22,895 nucleotides of DNA. It comes from Candidatus Undinarchaeota archaeon (GTDB taxonomy: Archaea > SpSt-1190 > JASMDC01). Shown here one piece after another: positions 1 to 7,806 of the stretch. The position numbers and the translations under genes were made by a program. Location: the NCBI GenBank assembly GCA_964519305.1, contig CAZFHY010000020.1:58666-81560 (forward strand), read 5' to 3'. The notes beneath the pieces were generated by a model, which worked only from the letters and a program-made list of their open reading frames with translations, ran no database searches and was not told where the DNA came from. How positions within the stretch are numbered: position 1 is the first letter of the stretch; each line of letters begins with the position of its first letter.

Positions 1-1
1 G

Positions 2-721
2 GAGGTCATCCGTGGTGTGGACGGGTTCGAGGACCACGGGAACCAGTCCGCCACCGCTCTTGTCACCCAGTCGCTCCAGGTGATGAAGGGCATGCACGAG
101 CACGACGTCTCCCGCACGGACGCCGTGGAGCTCCTACGCGCAGTGGACAGCTTCGAGGACCATGGTGTATCAGGGACTACTCTTGCTACCGAGACCGTCC
201 GCTTCATGCAGGGCATGGAGCAGTACGGGATTGGCCGCACCGACGCCGTGGAGCTCATGCGCGCCGTGGACGGGTTCGAGGACCACGGGAACCAGTCCGC
301 CACCTCCCTCGTTACCGAGACCGTCCGGCTCATGGAGGGTATGGAGAAGTACGACGTCTCGCGCTCGGACGCCATCGAGCTCATGCGCGCCGTGGACAGC
401 TACGAGGATCACGGCAACACATCCGGCACCGTCATGGTCACCGAGTCGGTCCGGCTCATGGAGGCCATGAAGGAGTACGGTGCCTCCCGCACAGACGCAG
501 TCGAGCTCATGCGCACTCTAGACAGCAGCGAGGAGCGTGGCTCGGACAGCGCAACATCCCTCACGGATTCCACCATCAAGCTCATCAAGGTCATGAAGGA
601 GACGGAAACCTCCCGTTCCAAGGCCATCGAGTACATCGGTATCGCCGACAAGGTCAACAGCAGCCAGAGCGCAATATCTCTCGCGGACGAGACGGTGAAG
701 GCGCTGCGGGCACGGGAGTGA
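2..721 (+). CDS. 5'-truncated 42-aa helical repeat protein (paralog of the downstream gene)
   Basis: The frame is open from the window edge (EVIRGVDGFEDHG...), so GTG at 17 is an internal Val. Five visible 41-42 aa units of the form VDxxEDHGxxSxTxLxTETVRLMxxMxxYxxSRxDAVELMRA, then a C-terminal cap. The stop TGA at 719-721 overlaps the next GTG start (GTGA). Confidence 0.85.
   Translation, partial: EVIRGVDGFEDHGNQSATALVTQSLQVMKGMHEHDVSRTDAVELLRAVDSFEDHGVSGTTLATETVRFMQGMEQYGIGRTDAVELMRAVDGFEDHGNQSATSLVTETVRLMEGMEKYDVSRSDAIELMRAVDSYEDHGNTSGTVMVTESVRLMEAMKEYGASRTDAVELMRTLDSSEERGSDSATSLTDSTIKLIKVMKETETSRSKAIEYIGIADKVNSSQSAISLADETVKALRARE
17..643 (+). repeat. Coding tandem repeat, 126-nt unit (one unit 123 nt), 5 visible copies
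   Basis: Units start at 17, 143, 266, 392 and 518. The 39 nt GTGGACGGGTTCGAGGACCACGGGAACCAGTCCGCCACC are identical at 17 and 266. Confidence 0.9.
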
Positions 722-2409
722 CGACGGTGTACGAGCTGGACCTGACGGACGCTGGCTACGGCTCCACAGATGGTGCCGACGGCTACGCCCGGGCCGAGGA
801 TCTCTCCTCAAAGAACAAGGCCGGCGTCGTGCTTACGGCGCTCGGGTTCGGGCTGTTCGGTCTCATCAAGGTCGCTGAGCATGGCAACGAGATGGACGCT
901 GAAGCCGAGCAGGTGGCCGGTAAGTACGATGGTGTCTCTGCCGACCAGGCCGAGTACGTCATGCGACGTGTCGCAGGCTCCTTCGCCATCGACGACGATC
1001 CCACCGAGCTCGCGCGGACGGCCGACAAGGTGCTAGAGAGCGCCACTGAGCACGGCTACACCGGCAGCCACACCGGCTTCCTCCTCGACTACTGCATGGA
1101 CAAGGGCATGGACGTGGACAGTGCCATAGGGTACATGACCGGTGGTGAGGTCACGGACGTGCTCACCACGGCCTACACAGAGGTGGGCCAGCAGGTCATC
1201 GTGGACGCCATCACCAGCAATGCGTCGAAGGTCGCGTCCGCCGAAGAGGCGACGGCCTTCTCCCGCGAGCTCATCGGTCGGCTCGTCCAGGAGGACCATC
1301 TTCCAACACCAAAGGACGTGGCCGGGCTCATCGGCAACATCGCCCGGTACGCCGACACCACACCCACCAGCACCGAGCTCATCGAGGCGGTGAGCGTGCT
1401 GGGCAACACGAGCGCTGCCACGGGCATTCCCATCGACAAGGTGGGGCAAGTGCTCCAGAACCTCGACTACCACAAGGACACCGGCTCCGACGGGGCCATC
1501 GCGCTCGCCAAGGCCACCGCACAGGTTGTCGACGCGGCTCACGAGAACGGCGTATCCATCGACGACGTGAAGGACCTCATATACAAGGTGGACCATTACG
1601 AGGACACGGGCGATGACACCACCGACATCCTCGCCAACAACACGGTCAAGCTTATCGAGGGCATGAAGGCCTACGACGTGTCACGCAGCGAGCTCTCCGA
1701 CATCATGTGGTCAGTTGACCGTAACAACGACACTGGCGGACAGACCGCCGACACAGTTGTGGCCGACACGCTCCGCATCGCCAAGAGCATGCACGAGAAC
1801 GGTATCAGTGAGGACGACGCCACCGACCTCATCTGGAAGGTCGACAGGTACGAGGACACAGGCGGACAGACGAGCGGTCAGGTAGTAGACGCAACAGTCA
1901 AGCTAATGGACGCTATGAAACGCAACAGCGTGTCCAAGAGCGATGTATCCGACCTCATGTGGGCCGTCGACAGGTACGAGGACACTGGTGGTCAGACCGG
2001 AGCGGACGTGGTGGACGCGACCGTGAAGCTCATGGACGCCATGGAGCGGGACGGTGTGTCCGAGGACGATGTCACCGACATCATGTACGCCGTGGACCGT
2101 TACGAGAACACCGGGGGCCAGACCGGCGTCGATGTGGTGGCCGAGACGGTCAAGCTCATGGACGCCATGAAGACCTACGGCGGCTCCGAGGACGACGTCA
2201 CCGACCTTATGTACACCGTGGACCGGTACGAGGACACAGGCGGCGACACAGGTACCACCGTGGCGGACAACACCATCAGGCTCATGGAGGCCGCCCACAA
2301 CAAGGGCCTGAGCCTCGACCGGATGGAGGAACTGGTCAGAGAGGCAGACCACGGCACCTCGGGCCAGACGTCCACCCAAGTGGTCGATGAAGTGCTCAAG
2401 CGTCTGTAG
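718..2409 (+). CDS. Membrane-anchored acidic 42-aa helical repeat protein, 563 aa
   Basis: GTGA overlap with the upstream stop. Hydrophobic segment AGVVLTALGFGLFGLIKVA near the N-terminus. Seven 42-aa units of the type VDRYEDTGGQTGxDVVxxTVKLMDAMxxxGVSEDDVTDLMxA at an exact 126-nt period. Confidence 0.85.
   Translation: MTTVYELDLTDAGYGSTDGADGYARAEDLSSKNKAGVVLTALGFGLFGLIKVAEHGNEMDAEAEQVAGKYDGVSADQAEYVMRRVAGSFAIDDDPTELARTADKVLESATEHGYTGSHTGFLLDYCMDKGMDVDSAIGYMTGGEVTDVLTTAYTEVGQQVIVDAITSNASKVASAEEATAFSRELIGRLVQEDHLPTPKDVAGLIGNIARYADTTPTSTELIEAVSVLGNTSAATGIPIDKVGQVLQNLDYHKDTGSDGAIALAKATAQVVDAAHENGVSIDDVKDLIYKVDHYEDTGDDTTDILANNTVKLIEGMKAYDVSRSELSDIMWSVDRNNDTGGQTADTVVADTLRIAKSMHENGISEDDATDLIWKVDRYEDTGGQTSGQVVDATVKLMDAMKRNSVSKSDVSDLMWAVDRYEDTGGQTGADVVDATVKLMDAMERDGVSEDDVTDIMYAVDRYENTGGQTGVDVVAETVKLMDAMKTYGGSEDDVTDLMYTVDRYEDTGGDTGTTVADNTIRLMEAAHNKGLSLDRMEELVREADHGTSGQTSTQVVDEVLKRL
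1462..2343 (+). repeat. Coding tandem repeat, 7 x 126 nt
   Basis: Units start at 1462, 1588, 1714, 1840, 1966, 2092 and 2218, each encoding [VL]DxxxDTG (one NTG). Confidence 0.9.
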
Positions 2410-2412
2410 ACA

Positions 2413-3240
2413 TCAGAGGGCCCTGAAGGCGTCCCGCAGTTTCAGCGCGTCCCCCTCGATACTGGGGCTCTCGCAGATTAGCATACCGGTTACACCATAC
2501 TCCTTCATCACCGAGAGGAGCTCGCGCCAGCGGAGGTCCGAGTCGGCCAGGTCCACGTGACGACGCTCGCCCTTGGCCGTGTACTCGATGCCCGCCACGT
2601 GCATGTGCATGTCCTTGAGCGCTTCCTTCCCGAGCACGTCCTCGACACGGGTCAGGACGGCGCGGAACTCCTCGGACGTGTTCACCTTCCCCCCGCTCCT
2701 TGCATGGAGATGTGACCAGTCGATGGTGGGCCGGACCTGCTCTATCTCGGCGCTGAGTGCTAGCAGTTCCTCCAGCCCCGCGAACTGCGACGGCTTGCCC
2801 GTCGTCTCGGGGCGGACCCAGATAGGATTCCCCTCGTCCTGGAGGACGTGGACGATACCCTTCAACCGGTCGCGCACCGCCGCGTACACAGTATCTGCAG
2901 GCCGCCCCTGATAGAAGGCGGCGTGGAAGGTACACGAGTACGCACCGCAGGCATGGGCCGTCCGCGCTGTGGCCAGCACCCTCTCCACCGAGGCGCTCGT
3001 CTTCGCAGGGTCCTTGGAGAACAGGTTGATGTAATAGGGGCCGTGGGCCGTCAGCGTCAGTCCGAGCCGCTGTGCCTTATCCCGTACAGCGACGGGGTCC
3101 TCTGCCATCCGGACGCCACGGACGAACTCCAACTCCATCCCGTCCAGTCCGAGCTCGACGAGCCGGTCGAGACCTGCCGCCCGGGTCCGGGCATGTGACG
3201 ATGTAGGGCTGCCGGCGGTACCGAAGAGCAGACGGTCCAT
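2413..3240 (-). CDS. nfo: Endonuclease IV (archaeal-type AP endonuclease family 2, TIM barrel)
   Basis: Motifs FGTAG, ELEFVRGV, AHGPYYINL, FHAAFY, PETTGKPSQF, IDWSHLHAR, HMHVAGIEY, GERRH and ICESP match archaeal Nfo, including the His/Glu/Asp metal ligands. Confidence 0.92.
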   Translation of the reverse strand: MDRLLFGTAGSPTSSHARTRAAGLDRLVELGLDGMELEFVRGVRMAEDPVAVRDKAQRLGLTLTAHGPYYINLFSKDPAKTSASVERVLATARTAHACGAYSCTFHAAFYQGRPADTVYAAVRDRLKGIVHVLQDEGNPIWVRPETTGKPSQFAGLEELLALSAEIEQVRPTIDWSHLHARSGGKVNTSEEFRAVLTRVEDVLGKEALKDMHMHVAGIEYTAKGERRHVDLADSDLRWRELLSVMKEYGVTGMLICESPSIEGDALKLRDAFRAL

Positions 3241-3263
3241 GCCCGGGCCGTCCCGCGCCCAGC

Positions 3264-3278
3264 TTTAAACAGGTTTGG
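3264..3278 (-). promoter_or_regulatory. Putative BRE/TATA promoter for a leaderless nfo transcript
   Basis: Minus strand CCAAACCTG-TTTAAA, with the first T 29 nt upstream of the ATG at 3240. The TATA overlaps the TAA stop of the upstream gene. Confidence 0.55.
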
Positions 3279-4818
3279 TCGAGCTCGCTTCGCGGAAGCC
3301 CGCTACCTCGTACAAGGCCAGCGAGTAGTCGAGCCCTGGCTCTTCATGGACTGTCCTGAGGACGTAGTCGACGTGCATGCGCCTGCAAGATCGTGCGCGT
3401 TCCGGGAACTGGTAGAGGTAGGCCTCGTCGCAGAACACGTTCTCGTAGAAGTACAGACAGGTCCCGTTCTGAACGTAGTCGCGGATCTCGTCGGCAAGCG
3501 AGACGTGGACGACACGCCGGTCCCATGCGTTGTTCACGAAGAAGGGCAGCTGTGTCACGACCAGACACCCGGTGGACACCTGGCCCCTGACCTGTTCGGC
3601 GAAGGCCACCTCGCGCACCAGGGGACGGTCGCACCCCTGGCAGATATCGTAGAGCCCGGACGTCTGCCAGAGGAGCACGGCGCACAAGGCCACCGCAAGG
3701 GCAGGGTATCGACGAGCGATCTCGACACCGCCCATCCCCGCTAGTAGCAGGAAGGGCAGGTAGCTGGGGAGCATGTGACGGTCCTGGTCCCCCTCGCCGA
3801 GGTAGAGGTTCTGGACCGTGAACAGCGCTACGAACACCATGAACCAGGTGATGAACAATAGGCGCCGTCCCGTTCCTTTGATACTGGCAAGGCCTGCCAG
3901 CGCCATAAGGAAGATGACGGGACTATGATGCGCCTCACCCACCCACCAACGTGCCTGAATGTCGATGTTCTGACCGTTGAAGCCGCCGAAGGAGACCCTG
4001 CCCGTCTTGGCCAGGAGAGAGGGCGCTGCCAGCAGAGTTACCACCAAGGGGACTATCACGATGGCGGCAGCCTTCCTCGAGGGGCCGAGGGAGAGGAATA
4101 GTAGCACTGGGGCGAGCAGGAGGAGGTTCTCCGGCCGGACCGTCCCGGCATAGGTGAGCGCGAGAACACCGGCCCAGAACGCTCGTCGCGAGCGCGTGAC
4201 GCGATACGCCCCGAGGAGGGCGAACACCAGGGCGACGAAGAAGAGAGATGTCACGTCAGACGAGCGGGTCGTGGCGTACCTTACATGGAGAGGAAGGAGC
4301 GACAGGAGCACGGCTGATGCTGCTGCAGCGTCCTCGTCGCGGAGCACGTAGAGTCCGACTACGAAGAGCAGGGGGACGGTGAGCACTGACAGCGCGAGCG
4401 ATACCCACTCACCCCCACCAAAGGGTCCGATGGCACCGGTCGCCATGGCCACGAGCATGGGATACCCCGCCGAGTCGGACATGGGCCAGCGCAGGATGCA
4501 CTGTGCCGCGCTCCCCTGTGCACAGATCGCGCCCCGGTGGTCGAGGAGGAGGAACTTGGCCACCTCTGAGTACTGCCACTCGTCAAAGAACACCATCGGT
4601 CGGAAAGGATCGATAGAGAGTCTAAGGATCAGAGCGACGACCGTAGCAGCGAGGACAATCTTACGGTTCCGGTCACGAGTGCGTCCGATCCGCCTGGCCA
4701 CGATATGGAGCGTCGGTACGAGGAGCGGGACGAGCAGGAGCAGCAGAAGATAGAGAAGGCCGTACTCGACCGCCGAGCCCTTGATCTGAGAGACCGAGAA
4801 CAAGAACACGGAGGCCAT
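3265..4818 (-). CDS. GT-C fold membrane glycosyltransferase (PMT_2/ArnT/GT39-like)
   Basis: Many hydrophobic helices, a DExxY motif after the first loop (FFDEWQY), GYPML, LSVLTVPLLF, RPEN, RHMLP and a Cys-containing C-terminal soluble domain. I placed the start at ATG 4818 because a GGTGA SD lies 5 nt upstream; the ORF track starts at TTG 4830. Confidence 0.8.
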   Translation of the reverse strand: MASVFLFSVSQIKGSAVEYGLLYLLLLLLVPLLVPTLHIVARRIGRTRDRNRKIVLAATVVALILRLSIDPFRPMVFFDEWQYSEVAKFLLLDHRGAICAQGSAAQCILRWPMSDSAGYPMLVAMATGAIGPFGGGEWVSLALSVLTVPLLFVVGLYVLRDEDAAAASAVLLSLLPLHVRYATTRSSDVTSLFFVALVFALLGAYRVTRSRRAFWAGVLALTYAGTVRPENLLLLAPVLLFLSLGPSRKAAAIVIVPLVVTLLAAPSLLAKTGRVSFGGFNGQNIDIQARWWVGEAHHSPVIFLMALAGLASIKGTGRRLLFITWFMVFVALFTVQNLYLGEGDQDRHMLPSYLPFLLLAGMGGVEIARRYPALAVALCAVLLWQTSGLYDICQGCDRPLVREVAFAEQVRGQVSTGCLVVTQLPFFVNNAWDRRVVHVSLADEIRDYVQNGTCLYFYENVFCDEAYLYQFPERARSCRRMHVDYVLRTVHEEPGLDYSLALYEVAGFREASSTKPV

Positions 4819-4862
4819 GGACATCACCAATCTTTAAAGCTGTTCGAGTCGCGGGCGGTATC

Positions 4863-5558
4863 TCAATCGTTCTCGAGGTAGACCTCGACAACGTTCCCGT
4901 CATCGTCAAGCATACGGACCTTCTCCAGCCGCTCCTCCACGGGTCTCTCCTCCGGGACAGGAGGGGGCGGCGGGGGCGGAGCATAGTACGACTGGGCGTA
5001 CATGTTCGCGTAGTAGGACTCATAGGTAGCGAGGTTGGTCTCCGGTTCGTCCTCGACGACGTGGGGCGTCTCGACCTGTCTGAGCTTCAGGAAGAGTATA
5101 AGGAACAATGCAAAGAGAACGAAGATCACCACTCCGATGGCCCCTGCTACCATAGGGCGGGTCTCGATGAGGACGTGCACGCTGGACCTTACATCGATCC
5201 AGGGTAGGAGGCGGTTCAGGCACATCGACCGCCGGTCCTCATCGGCAAGCGACCTGCATGCGGTCATCCCCTTCTCGGGTTCGTTCTTGGCGACCTCGAT
5301 GGCGGTCAGTCGAAGACAGCCGTCCCGGCGTCCGCTGTCGCTGATGTCGCGGCACATCGACAGTGCCTCTTCCGCATCGTCCCACGCCGTGTAGGGAGCG
5401 AGCCTGGACAGGCACCGGTCACGCTCAGGGCCTTCCTCTTCCAGGTCGCACTCCAGCATCTCCGGAGCAGGAGGGCGTTCGGCCGTCGGTGTGATGCAGC
5501 CGGCGAGCAGCAGCGCGGCCAGGATAATGACGAGCGCTGTGAGAGAACGCATGGTCAT
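4863..5558 (-). CDS. Hypothetical lipoprotein-like membrane protein with Cys-pair repeats and a Tyr/Pro-rich tail
   Basis: Lipobox-like LLLAGC. Three Cx11C units (CDLEEEGPERDRC, CRDISDSGRRDGC, CRSLADEDRRSMC). TM helix VAGAIGVVIFVLFALFLILFL, then YESYYANMYAQSYYAPPPPPPP. The start could be 5552. Confidence 0.75.
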   Translation of the reverse strand: MTMRSLTALVIILAALLLAGCITPTAERPPAPEMLECDLEEEGPERDRCLSRLAPYTAWDDAEEALSMCRDISDSGRRDGCLRLTAIEVAKNEPEKGMTACRSLADEDRRSMCLNRLLPWIDVRSSVHVLIETRPMVAGAIGVVIFVLFALFLILFLKLRQVETPHVVEDEPETNLATYESYYANMYAQSYYAPPPPPPPVPEERPVEERLEKVRMLDDDGNVVEVYLEND

Positions 5559-5573
5559 TCAATTAAGCCTGGT

Positions 5574-6182
5574 TCATCCATTAAATGCGTATTCCTTGCA
5601 CATGCGGCAGAACAGGCGGTGGATACGCGTGTCGTCGGTGAGCTCTGGGTGGAAGGCGAGTCCCAGGACGTTCTTGCGCTGGATGGCCACGATACGTCCG
5701 TCGAACATGGCCAACGGCCGGGTGTCACCCCACACGCGCTCCACGGCGGGCGCGCGGATGAAAACACCGTGACAGGTGCCCACGCCCTCGAGCTCCAGCT
5801 CGGCCTCGAAGCTCTCGCGCTGGCGGCCGAACGCGTTCCGGTTCACTTCGGCCTCCAGCAACCCCATGAGCTGTTGACCTGTGTGAGCGACCTGTTCACC
5901 GCCCGAGGCGGATATGATGATGAGGCCCGCGCAGGTGCCCATGATCGGTAGCCCGGCCTGGCCCAGGTCCCTGAGTGGACCGAACATCCCTCGCTCCTGG
6001 AGGAGGTCGGAGATGGTCGTGGACTCGCCACCAGGCAGTATCACGCCGGTTATGTCATCGAGCCCGGCGAGCGTACGCAGCCAGAACACCTCGCCGTCGA
6101 TACCCTCCTCACGGAGGGCCTGCTCGGACATGGTTATATGTTCCGAGACGGCCCCCTGGAGCCCGACTACACCGATGCGCAT
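5574..6182 (-). CDS. pdxT: Pyridoxal 5'-phosphate synthase glutaminase subunit PdxT
   Basis: GLQGAVSEH, PGGESTT, GTCAG (catalytic Cys), RNAFGRQRESFE, FIRAP and FHPELT (His-Glu of the triad). Starts 4 nt downstream of pdxS. Confidence 0.97.
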   Translation of the reverse strand: MRIGVVGLQGAVSEHITMSEQALREEGIDGEVFWLRTLAGLDDITGVILPGGESTTISDLLQERGMFGPLRDLGQAGLPIMGTCAGLIIISASGGEQVAHTGQQLMGLLEAEVNRNAFGRQRESFEAELELEGVGTCHGVFIRAPAVERVWGDTRPLAMFDGRIVAIQRKNVLGLAFHPELTDDTRIHRLFCRMCKEYAFNG

Positions 6183-6186
6183 GCCT

Positions 6187-7080
6187 TCATACGCCCCGCG
6201 CTTGGAGCCGCTGGTCGTCTGAAAGCGTGGACATCTCGATGCCCTTCATGGGCTCGCCGAGCCCCTTGGCGGCCTTGGCGATCTCTTCAGGCTCATCGAA
6301 ATGGTTCACGGCCTCAACGATCGCTCTGGCAAATCGAGGCGGATCATCGGACTTGAATATACCGCTCCCCACGAACACACCATCAGCGCCCATCTGCATC
6401 ATCAGCGCAGCATCTGCTGGTGTTGCGATGCCGCCCGCGGCGAAGTTGACCACGGGGAGCCGGCCGAGCTTGGCGGTCTCCTTCACAAGGGAGATAGGGA
6501 CGCCGTACTCACGGGCCTTGCGAGCAAGGAACTCGTTGTCCTGTCCGCTCAGCGCACGTAACTCGTCGGCGATCTGGCGGGTGTGGCGTACGGCCTCGAC
6601 AACGTTACCGGTTCCTGCCTCGCCCTTGGTCCGGATCATGGCAGCACCCTCGTTGATACGTCGGAGCGCCTCGCCCAGGTCACGGGCGCCACACACGAAC
6701 GGCACGGTGAACCCGGACTTATCGACGTGGTTGTTCATGTCCGCGGGGGTGAGCACCTCCGATTCATCGATCATGTCCACGCCGAGCGTCTCCAGAATCT
6801 GCGCCTCGACGAAATGGCCGATGCGGCACTTCGCCATGACGGGGATGGTCACGGCATCGACGATGGCCTCGACCTTTGCAGGATCGGGCATCCGGGCGAC
6901 ACCGCCCTGCGCTCGCACGTCCGCGGGAACGCGCTCGAGCGCCATGACAGCGACGGCACCGGCCTTCTCTGCCACCAGGGCCTGCTCGGCATTGGTGACG
7001 TCCATGATGACGCCGCCTTTCTGCATCTTAGCGAATCCTCGCTTGAGACGATCTGAACCGTGGACTATCTCGGGGATCAT
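6187..7080 (-). CDS. pdxS: Pyridoxal 5'-phosphate synthase lyase subunit PdxS
   Basis: [61 protein letters not shown] and [11 protein letters not shown]. Confidence 0.98.
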   Translation of the reverse strand: MIPEIVHGSDRLKRGFAKMQKGGVIMDVTNAEQALVAEKAGAVAVMALERVPADVRAQGGVARMPDPAKVEAIVDAVTIPVMAKCRIGHFVEAQILETLGVDMIDESEVLTPADMNNHVDKSGFTVPFVCGARDLGEALRRINEGAAMIRTKGEAGTGNVVEAVRHTRQIADELRALSGQDNEFLARKAREYGVPISLVKETAKLGRLPVVNFAAGGIATPADAALMMQMGADGVFVGSGIFKSDDPPRFARAIVEAVNHFDEPEEIAKAAKGLGEPMKGIEMSTLSDDQRLQARGV

Positions 7081-7086
7081 GTCGGC

Positions 7087-7116
7087 TGGTCATTTGACCA
7101 AAGGTTTTAAGGCTTC
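7087..7116 (-). promoter_or_regulatory. pdxST promoter (BRE/TATA) with a palindromic operator-like site
   Basis: Minus strand GAAGCC-TTAAAA, 30 nt upstream of ATG 7080. Perfect inverted repeat TGGTCA-TT-TGACCA at 7087-7100, between the TATA and the start. Confidence 0.6.
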
Positions 7117-7137
7117 TCGTGAGGGCCGATGGGCCCA

Positions 7138-7767
7138 TCATCCACGTTTCAGCTGTACCAGAAGGGCTGGCAGCTTGGACACATTCTCGATAATATGGTC
7201 GGCACCGGCGCCCTCCAGATCCTCGCGCGAAGCATAGCCCGAGAGCACTCCGATTGTCGTGATCCCGGCGTTGCGCCCGGCCAGGATGTCGAGGGTACTG
7301 TCCCCCACCATCACAGCAGGTCCGCCGCCCAGAGCGCCGATGATCAGCTCGACGCCGTCGGCGAGCGGTTTTGGCGGTGCGTCCTCTCGTGTGATGACCG
7401 TCTCGAAGAAGGTGCGGAGGTCCAGCCGCTCGAGGCAGCGGTCCACAGCAGGACGGCAGTTACGGGAGAGGACGGCCATGCGCAGGCCACGGTAGCGGAG
7501 CTCCTCCAGCGCCCCCCGCGTACCAGGGATCGGGCTCGCGTTGTCCGCAGCGGCCACCTCCGTCTCCTCGAGCCGCGCATGGAGCGTTCGGCCGAGCTCG
7601 GGATCGCCCAGTGCAGCAGCACCCAGTGCGATCTTCTCCACTATACCGAACTCATCGGACACGTCCACGCCACGCTCGGTGAAGATGGTGTCTATCTCGC
7701 GCTTTATACCGTCCAGGTTCAATCGTCCAGCGGTGAGCGTTCCGTCGAGGTCGAAGATGACTATCAA
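7138..7767 (-). CDS. HAD-superfamily hydrolase (phosphoglycolate phosphatase-like, C1 cap)
   Basis: Motif I FDLDGTL, motif II VLSRN, motif III PKP and motif IV VGDSTLDI. TTG start preceded by a GGTGAG SD. Confidence 0.9.
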   Translation of the reverse strand: MIVIFDLDGTLTAGRLNLDGIKREIDTIFTERGVDVSDEFGIVEKIALGAAALGDPELGRTLHARLEETEVAAADNASPIPGTRGALEELRYRGLRMAVLSRNCRPAVDRCLERLDLRTFFETVITREDAPPKPLADGVELIIGALGGGPAVMVGDSTLDILAGRNAGITTIGVLSGYASREDLEGAGADHIIENVSKLPALLVQLKRG

Positions 7768-7791
7768 GAGGACCGCTCACCACAACGGAGC

Positions 7792-7804
7792 TTATAACGG
7801 TTTT
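7792..7804 (-). promoter_or_regulatory. Putative BRE/TATA promoter of the HAD gene
   Basis: Minus strand AAAACCG-TTATAA, 30 nt upstream of TTG 7767. Confidence 0.55.
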
Positions 7805-7806
7805 GT

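Noticed and set aside
1462-2343. CRISPR array or DGR template/variable repeat
   Set aside because: The 126-nt units are in-frame coding repeats without spacers, the differences do not look adenine-specific by eye, and no cas or reverse transcriptase gene is present.
2-2409. Armadillo repeat or phage tape-measure interpretation of the 42-aa repeats
   Set aside because: The unit length matches ARM, but the ARM consensus (three helices, conserved Asn in helix 3) is not evident. There are no phage genes nearby to support a tape measure.
5975-7237. 420-aa plus-strand ORF
   Set aside because: It is an antisense shadow of the highly conserved pdxS/pdxT, with Ser/Arg/Ala-rich composition typical of GC-rich off-frames.
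7129-7797. 222-aa plus-strand ORF, and the many other 60-250 aa overlapping ORFs in the track
   Set aside because: They lie opposite or out of frame within well-supported genes, have no motifs, and are expected at this GC content.
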